64,000 nucleotides of DNA from an uncultured Spirochaetota bacterium (GTDB taxonomy: Bacteria > Spirochaetota > Brevinematia > Brevinematales > JAOACQ01): contig CAWIGG010000004.1 in NCBI GenBank assembly GCA_963835575.1, positions 1,000,016-1,064,015 of the forward strand, in the 5' to 3' direction. Position numbers and translations under genes: made by a program. Under the pieces are notes generated by a model. That model worked only from the letters and a program-made list of their open reading frames with translations, had not been told where the DNA came from and did not search any database. Below are positions 53,735 to 61,778 of this stretch, piece after piece. Every line of letters begins with the position of its first letter. Position 1 is the stretch's first letter.

Positions 53735-54100
53735 TTATTTCCAGATAACAAGGAACCGGACGGAGAGTTCAAGGCAGATGCGGAGCGTTGAGCCTGTGCC
53801 TCTGGAAATGCCATCCCAGAACAGGACAACAAAATCGCAATATTTTACCAGCTCCCTATTTCTGACAATGCCCGCAGACCGTCCGTATTTATGCCACAGG
53901 GCCGGAAACACTTTCAAGTCCAGCGCATGGGCGCGGGCATACCGCTCCGCGAGGGCGTCAGCGCCTTGAGGACATCCGCCCGACACCACAACATCGGCGC
54001 AGGACAAATCCAGAGCGTCGAGCGTTTTCTCAAGCTTCGCATAGTCGGTAAAAGAACGCGAGCCGACAACCCCGATTTTCACATAGTTTTTATTTTCCAT
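53735..54100 (-). CDS. SLOG-fold protein (DUF2493 / DprA-like Rossmann)
   Basis: 121 aa. IGVVGSRSFTDY...VVVSGGCPQGADALAERYA...GRSAGIVRNRELV...VLFWDGISRGT matches the DUF2493 pattern as I know it. Confidence 0.7.
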   Translation of the reverse strand: MENKNYVKIGVVGSRSFTDYAKLEKTLDALDLSCADVVVSGGCPQGADALAERYARAHALDLKVFPALWHKYGRSAGIVRNRELVKYCDFVVLFWDGISRGTGSTLRICLELSVRFLVIWK

Positions 54101-54299
54101 TTATTCCTCCCGCCTTCATGCTGGCCGCTATGCCGCTTTTGAAGACGCCCGGTCGTACCCCCGCTGATACCCTTTTGTCAAGTACTTTTTTAGATTTATT
54201 TTACTGATACTTTCAGTACAAAGACTTGAAAAAAGAAAATATCCGGCCTTTGATTAAAAGCCTTAATGACTTTCATAACTAAACACAAACAGGCCATGT

Positions 54300-54345
54300 C
54301 GTTTTGGCATGGGTTTTGACATTCGCAGAAACCCATGCCAAAACG
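54300..54345 (+). repeat. Covarying hairpin H1 (17-bp perfect stem, conserved loop)
   Basis: CGTTTTGGCATGGGTTT-tgacattcgcag-AAACCCATGCCAAAACG. Confidence 0.9.
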
Positions 54346-54378
54346 GAGAAAGCTTTAGAATGGAATAATAAGACATCT

Positions 54379-54426
54379 CCGTTCCGGCATATTTTTTGAC
54401 GGCCGCAAAAAGATATGCCGGAACGG
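54379..54426 (+). repeat. Covarying hairpin H2
   Basis: CCGTTCCGGCATAT-tttttgacggccgcaaaaag-ATATGCCGGAACGG; the inner TTTTT/AAAAA extends the stem. Confidence 0.85.
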
Positions 54427-54503
54427 TGTTACCTCAATTCTTAAAATTATTAGTTTATTAACAATTCAATAATGTCTTTAAGTGTTTTGCAGACTCTTAT
54501 TAT

Positions 54504-54532
54504 TTGACAAAATATCCATATGGGTATATATT
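54504..54532 (+). promoter_or_regulatory. Sigma70-like promoter with palindromic core for the second TA operon
   Basis: TTGACA (54504-54509), 17 nt, then TATATT (54527-54532). The spacer contains CCATATGG with imperfect flanking symmetry. Confidence 0.6.
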
Positions 54533-54548
54533 ATTTTAGGATTGAAAG

Positions 54549-54929
54549 ATGGAATTAAAATTTTTTACGTCAAAAGATGGAAAACAACCTGTTCTTGATT
54601 TCATACGTTCTTTAGAAAAGCCGGACCGTGCTAAAATATACGGATGTCTTGACAGTATAGAAATGTTAGGTTTTGAAACACCCAGAGTAGAATTCCGGCA
54701 AATTGAAGGAAAGCTCTGGGAAATCAAGATAAAGACTGTTTCGGGCGGATATAGAGTATTTTATATATCCATCCATCATCATATCCTTGTTTTACTTCAC
54801 GTTTATAAGAAACAGTCGCAAAAAGCGCCAGCAAAAGAAATAAAGACAGCGAAAACCCGTTTAAAGGAGGTAATTGAAAATGAGGGCGATTACATTAAAG
54901 GAAGCGATAGCGGAAGAAATGAAAGATGA
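54549..54929 (+). CDS. type II toxin, Gp49-like / HigB-RelE superfamily (paralog of 12737..13090)
   Basis: PRVEFRQIEGKLWEIKIKTVSGGYRVFYISIHHHILVLLHVYKKQSQKAP is closely parallel to the first module. Confidence 0.75.
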   Translation: MELKFFTSKDGKQPVLDFIRSLEKPDRAKIYGCLDSIEMLGFETPRVEFRQIEGKLWEIKIKTVSGGYRVFYISIHHHILVLLHVYKKQSQKAPAKEIKTAKTRLKEVIENEGDYIKGSDSGRNER

Positions 54930-55176
54930 GGAATTCGCAGTCCTTTTTGAGAATGAGAGAATAATAAATAACTTAGCTAAAACTATAGTGGAGATGAGGC
55001 AAAAAAGAGGCTTGACACAAGCTGAATTAGCCGAAAAAGCCCATACTACACAGCCGGTAATAGCTCGTCTGGAAAAAGGTTCTGATTCGCGGATTCCATC
55101 ATTGGAGCTTTTAAACCGAATTGCTCATGCGCTTGGCAAAGAAATATTCATTGATTTTAAGCCAGACCATCATTAA
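54880..55176 (+). CDS. HTH (XRE-family) antitoxin (paralog of 13068..13367)
   Basis: GLTQAELAEKAHTTQPVIARLEKGSDSRIPSLELLNRIAHALGKEIFIDF. I prefer the ATG at 54880 (AAGGAGG 9 nt upstream) over the TTG at 54874. Confidence 0.75.
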   Translation: MRAITLKEAIAEEMKDEEFAVLFENERIINNLAKTIVEMRQKRGLTQAELAEKAHTTQPVIARLEKGSDSRIPSLELLNRIAHALGKEIFIDFKPDHH

Positions 55177-55305
55177 AACACTCTTCTAAAAACAGTAAAG
55201 CCCTGTTCTTTTTAAAAGCTAAAGTATAATCGCTTTAATATAAGGACAGGGCTTTTTTATTTAAAATGGAAAGTCAGCCTCTCATTTAAAACAAAAAGAT
55301 TACTT

Positions 55306-55350
55306 CACTCTGGTATGGGTTTTGCATCCGCATAAACCCATACCAGAGTG
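55306..55350 (+). repeat. Covarying hairpin H3
   Basis: CACTCTGGTATGGGTTT-tgcatccgcat-AAACCCATACCAGAGTG. Confidence 0.9.
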
Positions 55351-55411
55351 CCGAAAGCTTTTCGCAGTAAAAAAGGAGTTTTCTAATTATGAATAGACAA
55401 ATAGTCGTCTT

Positions 55412-55457
55412 CACTTTGGCACGGGTTTTGACATTCGCACAAACCCGTGCCAAAGTG
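55412..55457 (+). repeat. Covarying hairpin H4
   Basis: CACTTTGGCACGGGTTT-tgacattcgcac-AAACCCGTGCCAAAGTG. Confidence 0.9.
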
Positions 55458-55550
55458 CTGATGGCCTTTCTATTATAATAATAAATGGGTATTATTCATT
55501 AGACAGAAGCCTTTCTTCATCGCCTTATGTTTTTAAAAAAAGCCCTCTTC

Positions 55551-55594
55551 GCCCTGGCATAGTTTTTGACGTCCGCAAAAAACTATGCCAGGGC
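55551..55594 (+). repeat. Covarying hairpin H5
   Basis: GCCCTGGCATAGTTTTT-gacgtccgca-AAAAACTATGCCAGGGC. Confidence 0.9.
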
Positions 55595-55867
55595 GTACAA
55601 ATCTTTTCAAAACGAAAAAGAGAAATTTATCAAAATCCTTTGTTCAAAGGCGGTTATCAACAAACCTTTGTTTTTAAAGAAAGAATTAATTATCTAACCG
55701 TTCACTTTTAAAACATTCCTTGTTATTAAATGCAAGCCATGTGTTTTCAATCCCGTATCAGTAAAATAAATCTAAAAAAGTACTTGACAAAAGGGTATCA
55801 GCGGGGGTAAAGGGGTTTCCCGTCTTCAAAAGCGGCATAGCGGCCAGCATGAAGGCGGGAGGAATAA

Positions 55868-56233
55868 ATGGAAAATAAAAACTATGTGAAAATCGGGGTT
55901 GTCGGCTCGCGTTCTTTTACCGACTATGCGAAGCTTGAGAAAACGCTCGACGCTCTGGATTTGTCCTGCGCCGATGTTGTGGTGTCGGGCGGATGTCCTC
56001 AAGGCGCTGACGCCCTCGCGGAGCGGTATGCCCGCGCCCATGCGCTGGACTTGAAAGTGTTTCCGGCCCTGTGGCATAAATACGGACGGTCTGCGGGCAT
56101 TGTCAGAAATAGGGAGCTGGTAAAATATTGCGATTTTGTTGTCCTGTTCTGGGATGGCATTTCCAGAGGCACAGGCTCAACGCTCCGCATCTGCCTTGAA
56201 CTCTCCGTCCGGTTCCTTGTTATCTGGAAATAA
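55868..56233 (+). CDS. SLOG-fold protein (DUF2493-like), right copy
   Basis: Translation identical to 53735..54100. Confidence 0.7.
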   Translation: MENKNYVKIGVVGSRSFTDYAKLEKTLDALDLSCADVVVSGGCPQGADALAERYARAHALDLKVFPALWHKYGRSAGIVRNRELVKYCDFVVLFWDGISRGTGSTLRICLELSVRFLVIWK

Positions 56234-56244
56234 GGGAGGACAGC

Positions 56245-59127
56245 ATGGAAAACATTAAAGAGAAAATCAAGAACTCTCTCCCGCTGGAGGAATACCTCCG
56301 GCGGGAGGGGCATGACCTCATCCCGGCGGGGCAGGGAAAATTTATGACGCTCTGTCCCTTTCACGATGATAAAACGCCTTCGCTTTCCGTCGATACAGAA
56401 AAACAGCTTTACCATTGCTTCGGCTGTGAACAGGGCGGGGATATATTCAGCTATGTGATGAAAAGGCGCGGCCTCAAATTCAATGAGGCGGTAAATTATC
56501 TTGCCGGTAATTTGAACATTCAAGAGCCGGTTAAAAAAGTGAAAGTATCTCTTAAGAAAGAAACCGCGCCGGAGCCTGTAAGCCTTGATAAGAATAAAAG
56601 AATCCCGATTCTTGAAAGACTTGCTGAAATCTATCATAAAAACCTTTTAGAAAGTCCAGAGGCTCTAAAATACCTTGAACAAAGAGGAATCGGAACGCCG
56701 GAAATAATAAATACCTTTAAACTCGGATTTTCTAAAGGCAACATACCGGAAACGCTTTCAAAGACCGGCGAAGAGCTGGAAATCCTTGAAAGCCTCGGTA
56801 TCATCGGCAGACTTAGAAACAAATCCGGAAAGGAAAGCGTCTTTGAGTTATTCAAAGGCTGTATCATCTTTCCGATTATGGACGGGGAAAACCGCGTTGT
56901 TGAAATCTATGGACGCTCTATCAATGAAGAAGCCAAGATCAAGCACCGCTACCTTAAGGGAAAACACGAAGGGGTGTTCAACTCAAAAGCTTTCAAGGTG
57001 TATGAGGAAATCATAATAACCGAAAGCGTCATTGACGCGCTGTCCTGTGTCCGGCTCGGCTTCCTGAACGTAACGGCTTCTTTCGGAATTCAGGGCTTTA
57101 CCGAAAACCACCTCAAACTTATGGAGGAAAACAATACCCGCAAAATAATCATAGCCTATGATAATGACGGGGCGGGAAAGTTCGCTTCAAAAAAGCTTTC
57201 CGAACGGATTAAGAAAGAAGGCTTTTCCCATGTCTTTACCCTGACTATTCCAGAGGAGACGCGCGGCCTCAAAGTCAAAGACATTAATGAACTCTTGATG
57301 AAGATTTCATCCATCGAGGAAGGCGGACTCTCACTCAAAAGATTAATCGAGGAAGCGCAGGGCATTGATGATATAGCTCAGAAAATTTTATCTATTCCGG
57401 CAGGTAAGGCCACCCCCGAAGAAATGAAACGGCTTGTTGAAGAAGTGATACCTCCGGTAATACCTCAAGAAACGCGGTTCACAGCTCCGCCTCAAAACAT
57501 CGCGCCAGCTTCTAATATAATAGAAGAGAGTCCGCCTCAAGAAGTACAATCAAACGAAATGAAACAGCTTCCGAATGGAGATTATGAATTCACTATCGAC
57601 GGCTTTACTTATCGGCTCAGGGGAATAAAGGAAGATTTTGAAAATAGCCTCAAGGCCGGAGTCCGCGTCCATCACCTTAAAGAGGAAAACTTCTTCTATG
57701 ACAGCGTGAACCTTTACTCCGCCCGGATGCGCGCCGCCTTCGCGAACACTATCGGGGCGCGCTTCGAGGTTTCCTTTGAAACAATCCTTTCACACCTTGA
57801 AACGATCCTCGACAGGCTGGAAAGGCTCCGGGATAACCAGATACTTTCAAAGGCCGGGGCGGTGGAAGTTTCCCTCTCGGACGAGGAAAAAGCCATAGGG
57901 CTGGAACTTCTCAAAAGTCCTTCCCTCCTTGAGGAAGTGAGAAACGATTTATCGACATTGGGCTACATCGGGGAGGAAATGAATAAAATCCTTGTCTATC
58001 TCATCGCCGCTTCCCGGAAGATGGAAGAACCTCTGGCCAGCATTATCATTTCCCGTTCTTCCGCCGGTAAAACCAAGCTTGTGGAGACAGTCAGGAAGCT
58101 CCTGCCTGATGAGGAAGTCGTCGCCATATCCAGCGCGTCGGACACAGCACTCTACTACGCTTCCGATTTAAGCCATAAGTTCGTCTGCCTCGGAGAAAGC
58201 AAGGGCAATGAAAATATAGAGTACCCGTTAAGGGAACTTATCTCAAGTAAGGAGATCACCCGCTTTGTTACGATGAAAGATGAGAAAACGGGACAGATGA
58301 AAAGCGTCAAAATAAAAACAAAGGGGCCGATCGCCTACATCGAGACGGCCAGCAGGATTGAAAACCTCAATCCTGAAAACCTTAACCGGTGCCTTGTCCT
58401 CTTTGTCGATGAAACGCAGGAACAGACGGCAAGAATCCTTGAGTATCAGAGATTCCTTCAAACCCCGGCCGGCTTCCTCATAAAGCGGAAAATCCCCGCT
58501 ATCATTGAAAAGCATAAGGCCGCGCAGAAGCTTTTAAAGCCGGTTTTAGTCATCAATCCTTACGCCGAACTGATGGGATTCCCTGAAAGAAGGCTGGAAG
58601 CCCGGCGCGATCAGATGAAATTCATTCAGGTGCTTAACGCCGTTACTTTTTTCAATCAATACCGGCGGGAAAGGAAAACGATTGAGGACGCGGCGGCAAA
58701 AGAAACCTTTGAGTACATCGAAGCCAGCCTCGACGACTATAAAATAACCTATGACCTTCTCGTCAAAAGCGGGATCCTCTCGAACACCCTTTCCGATATT
58801 CCGAAAAACGCCAGAGACCTTTATGGAATAATCAGGGAGATGGTATCGGAGATATCCGGGGAGAATAACAAGCCTGTCAAGGACATTCTCTTTACCAGGA
58901 AGATGGTATGGGAATACTCCGGCTGGAGCCATTTTCAAGTGAGGAAATATACCGGGATTCTCGCCGACTATGAGTTTCTGGAAATCATATCGGGTTCTTT
59001 CAGAGGCCAGACCCACGCTTACAGGATCATTCTGGAAGAAGAAATGGAGCGTTTAATGCTTGATAGAATCCCCACGCCGGAAGAAATGTCACTCCGGCTT
59101 CGCTCTGCCGACCGTGTGAGTGTGTGA
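56245..59127 (+). CDS. primase-helicase-like protein, right copy
   Basis: Translation identical to 50841..53723. Confidence 0.85.
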   Translation: MENIKEKIKNSLPLEEYLRREGHDLIPAGQGKFMTLCPFHDDKTPSLSVDTEKQLYHCFGCEQGGDIFSYVMKRRGLKFNEAVNYLAGNLNIQEPVKKVKVSLKKETAPEPVSLDKNKRIPILERLAEIYHKNLLESPEALKYLEQRGIGTPEIINTFKLGFSKGNIPETLSKTGEELEILESLGIIGRLRNKSGKESVFELFKGCIIFPIMDGENRVVEIYGRSINEEAKIKHRYLKGKHEGVFNSKAFKVYEEIIITESVIDALSCVRLGFLNVTASFGIQGFTENHLKLMEENNTRKIIIAYDNDGAGKFASKKLSERIKKEGFSHVFTLTIPEETRGLKVKDINELLMKISSIEEGGLSLKRLIEEAQGIDDIAQKILSIPAGKATPEEMKRLVEEVIPPVIPQETRFTAPPQNIAPASNIIEESPPQEVQSNEMKQLPNGDYEFTIDGFTYRLRGIKEDFENSLKAGVRVHHLKEENFFYDSVNLYSARMRAAFANTIGARFEVSFETILSHLETILDRLERLRDNQILSKAGAVEVSLSDEEKAIGLELLKSPSLLEEVRNDLSTLGYIGEEMNKILVYLIAASRKMEEPLASIIISRSSAGKTKLVETVRKLLPDEEVVAISSASDTALYYASDLSHKFVCLGESKGNENIEYPLRELISSKEITRFVTMKDEKTGQMKSVKIKTKGPIAYIETASRIENLNPENLNRCLVLFVDETQEQTARILEYQRFLQTPAGFLIKRKIPAIIEKHKAAQKLLKPVLVINPYAELMGFPERRLEARRDQMKFIQVLNAVTFFNQYRRERKTIEDAAAKETFEYIEASLDDYKITYDLLVKSGILSNTLSDIPKNARDLYGIIREMVSEISGENNKPVKDILFTRKMVWEYSGWSHFQVRKYTGILADYEFLEIISGSFRGQTHAYRIILEEEMERLMLDRIPTPEEMSLRLRSADRVSV

Positions 59128-59248
59128 AACTGCGAGCGCTCACACTTTTGAGCTTCAAACCTTTGTAAAATAAGGCTTGAATCGAGTGTGAGCGGTAGGA
59201 GCGGGGGGAGAGGCAGAGCCAAAATATTTTGAAAGGAGGTATTACCGT

Positions 59249-60565
59249 ATGATTGATAAAGACGCCGTACTGAAAGAGTACATTACACACGCGAAGGCTT
59301 TTAAGCCGTTAAAGGAAAATGTCTTGAAGCATAAGGCCCTTTACGCACGGAAGCTTCTGGAATATCTTGAGAAGAACAATATGCCGCTTTCCGGCTTCAC
59401 AAGGGAACAGTCGGATAAATATCTCGCCATGATTAAACACGGGACCGGGGAGTGGAGTTCCCATAAACCCAATAAAACCGGGTACTTTAAGACCCGCGAG
59501 TTTGTCCGGTTCCTCGAATGGAAGAACTTTATTCCGGGAGCTTCAAGAGATTCCGTTTCCCCGAACGCAATTCCCTTTACGGAACTTCTCGAAAGATATA
59601 TCCGCCGTATCTCCTCGTCAAAGGAAGTTTCCGAACGCACCCTTGATATTACCCGCTCGCTCATCCGGCGCTTTCTGGAATACCTTGAAAATAATAATAT
59701 AACGGACATCGCGCGGGTAGATAAAAAAGTTGTTTCCGGCTATGCCCTTTATCTCCTCGTTTACAAAGGAAGCCGGGGAAAGAGCAAAATACAAAAGCCT
59801 TACAACGTTACCACCCGCGCGAATATCCTTGTGAATGTCCGCAACTTCTTCAAGTTCCTCTGCTCCGAAAATATCATCCTTACAGACCCTTCAAAATCCG
59901 TGGAAATCCCAAAAGTCCCGAAGCGGATATCCCGCGATATCCCCACCCTCGCCGAAATCGACCGCCTTATAAGCTCTATCGAAATGAAAAGCCACAGGGG
60001 CGTGCCTTACGGCTCCCGCGACATCGCCATCATTGAAACGCTCTACGGCTCGGCAATCCGGGTCAAAGAACTGGTTAACCTCGATATCGGGAACGTCGAT
60101 TTTACCGAAAAACTTATCACCGTTTACAAAGGCAAGAATAAAAAAGACCGCGCTGTCCCGATCAATGACATCGCCCTTTCCCGCATCCGGGATTACCTGA
60201 AAGAACGCCCGGAAGGCACGCCTCATAACCCGGATGAAGAGGTGCACCTCAAAGCCCTCTTTCTCTCCGTTTTCAAAAAGCGGATGACAGTTAACCTCAT
60301 CGGAAGCCTGATAAAAAAATACGCCCTTAAGGCCGGGATCAAAAAACACCTCATCCCTCATTCCTTCCGCTATGCATGCGCAACCCACATGCTTAAAAAC
60401 GGCGCGGACATCCGCTATATTCAGGAAATGCTGGGGCACACAAGCCTCGACACGACGGAAACCTACACAAGAGTGGTAAAAGGAGACCTTAAACGCATGC
60501 TCCGGGCATTCCATCCAAGAGAGATAATATCTCAAGAGAACACGCAGGAGGAAAATCATGAATAA
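59249..60565 (+). CDS. tyrosine recombinase 438 aa, right copy
   Basis: Translation identical to 49403..50719. Confidence 0.88.
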   Translation: MIDKDAVLKEYITHAKAFKPLKENVLKHKALYARKLLEYLEKNNMPLSGFTREQSDKYLAMIKHGTGEWSSHKPNKTGYFKTREFVRFLEWKNFIPGASRDSVSPNAIPFTELLERYIRRISSSKEVSERTLDITRSLIRRFLEYLENNNITDIARVDKKVVSGYALYLLVYKGSRGKSKIQKPYNVTTRANILVNVRNFFKFLCSENIILTDPSKSVEIPKVPKRISRDIPTLAEIDRLISSIEMKSHRGVPYGSRDIAIIETLYGSAIRVKELVNLDIGNVDFTEKLITVYKGKNKKDRAVPINDIALSRIRDYLKERPEGTPHNPDEEVHLKALFLSVFKKRMTVNLIGSLIKKYALKAGIKKHLIPHSFRYACATHMLKNGADIRYIQEMLGHTSLDTTETYTRVVKGDLKRMLRAFHPREIISQENTQEENHE

Positions 60566-61535
60566 ATCCATTTACATCGCAAGGGAAAAGTTCATCGAAC
60601 ACCTCAGAAAAAGGAACTTGAGCGGGGCCACAATCTTGAGGTTTGACACTTTCTTCAATCACCTTTTCCCGTTCCTCGAATCTTTGGGGTGCACCCCTTC
60701 CGTCCGGGACGTTACGGACATTAAAACAGAACATATTGAGAAATTCATCCTTTCCCTCAAAAACCACCGCAAGAAAAACGGAAAGCCCTTCAGCGACAGC
60801 TACCGCAGGACTGAGACAAGTTTCCTCCGCCTCTGGCTTTCCTTCCTTGAAAATAATGATATGATCTTCATAAACCCCGCCCGCAATATTCCGCTGGAAC
60901 GCGTTGAACGCCCGTTTCCTAAAGACATCCTTTCCGTCGAGGAAATGAAGCTCCTGCTCCGACAGCCGAATATAAAACATCCGGTCGGGCTTCGCAACAG
61001 GGCCATCCTTGAAATATTCTACGGAAGCGGAATCCGAAGCGCGGAACTTTGTTCCCTTAAACTCAACGACCTCGACCTTGAAGGCCCCTACCTTTTCATC
61101 AAGGGCAAAGGTTCTAAAGACCGGGTTGTACCCATCACAAAACAGGCCAAAAGGTTCCTCAAGCTGTATCTTGATAAAGTCCGGCCTCTCTATTGCAATA
61201 ATGCGGCTAACGAAAATGTGTTTTTCACCGTCGGACGAGACAGCCTTGTCCCCGGAACTTTCCGCGCCGCATTGCATAACTACGTCCTGAAATCGGGGAT
61301 TAAAAAGAGGGTTTCCACTCATACCCTGCGCCATACCTGCGCCACCCATTTAATCGCCAACGGGGCAAGCATCCGCTATGTTCAGGAACTTTTAGGACAT
61401 GCCTTCCTCAGCACCACTCAGATTTATTCCCGCGTCATGCCCGTTGATCTGCGGAAGGTTTATGAAAAAACGCATCCCCGCTGTACCGGTATGCTCGTCA
61501 ATGACGGTGATGAGGCGCGTCCCGAAAACAATTAA
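60558..61535 (+). CDS. tyrosine recombinase 325 aa, right copy
   Basis: Translation identical to 48433..49410. Confidence 0.88.
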   Translation: MNKSIYIAREKFIEHLRKRNLSGATILRFDTFFNHLFPFLESLGCTPSVRDVTDIKTEHIEKFILSLKNHRKKNGKPFSDSYRRTETSFLRLWLSFLENNDMIFINPARNIPLERVERPFPKDILSVEEMKLLLRQPNIKHPVGLRNRAILEIFYGSGIRSAELCSLKLNDLDLEGPYLFIKGKGSKDRVVPITKQAKRFLKLYLDKVRPLYCNNAANENVFFTVGRDSLVPGTFRAALHNYVLKSGIKKRVSTHTLRHTCATHLIANGASIRYVQELLGHAFLSTTQIYSRVMPVDLRKVYEKTHPRCTGMLVNDGDEARPENN

Positions 61536-61581
61536 ATCTTTTCTTGCCTTTTTCAAATCAGTTTGATAAACTATTTCCGGC

Positions 61582-61619
61582 GGGGGGAATGAGGCTTAAT
61601 CTCATTCCTCCCGTTTTTT
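61582..61619 (+). terminator. Terminator after the 325-aa recombinase gene (right copy)
   Basis: GGGGGGAATGAG-gcttaat-CTCATTCCTCCC, then GTTTTTTG. Confidence 0.65.
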
Positions 61620-61778
61620 GCGGTTATAGCTCTCAGGCTATGGTTTGCCGGCTTTTCCCAGGGACGCGGGCTTGAGTGCGCGGGTCTTAAAAAGCGGGAG
61701 TACCACCGGCCAATAATTAATAATTTTTCCGGCAGCCCTGAATTGTTTTCTTAACGCGCATGGGGGAGAGAAAAAGAA

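Larger units (their letters stand above)
48187..54210 (-). mobile_element. Recombinase/primase element, left (inverted) copy, about 6.0 kb
   Basis: Reverse complement of 55755..61781. All six-frame ORFs are mirrored with coordinate sum 109968. The outer end abuts rhs cassette 1 at ...GAGAAAAAGAATAT|. Confidence 0.75.

Noticed and set aside
55197-55258. AAAGCCCTGT ... ACAGGGCTTTTTTAT as the terminator of the second TA operon
   Set aside because: The 10-bp stem and T-tract are good, but the loop is 39 nt. A canonical intrinsic terminator is therefore doubtful, and it is not listed as a feature.
54300-55594. Hairpins H1-H5 as integron attC sites or as promoters (the loops contain TTGACA)
   Set aside because: The stems do not fit the RYYYAAC/GTTRRRY attC cores. 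No integron-type integrase/attI layout is present. No -10 element follows the loop TTGACA at a proper spacing. The small ORFs crossing them use different frames.
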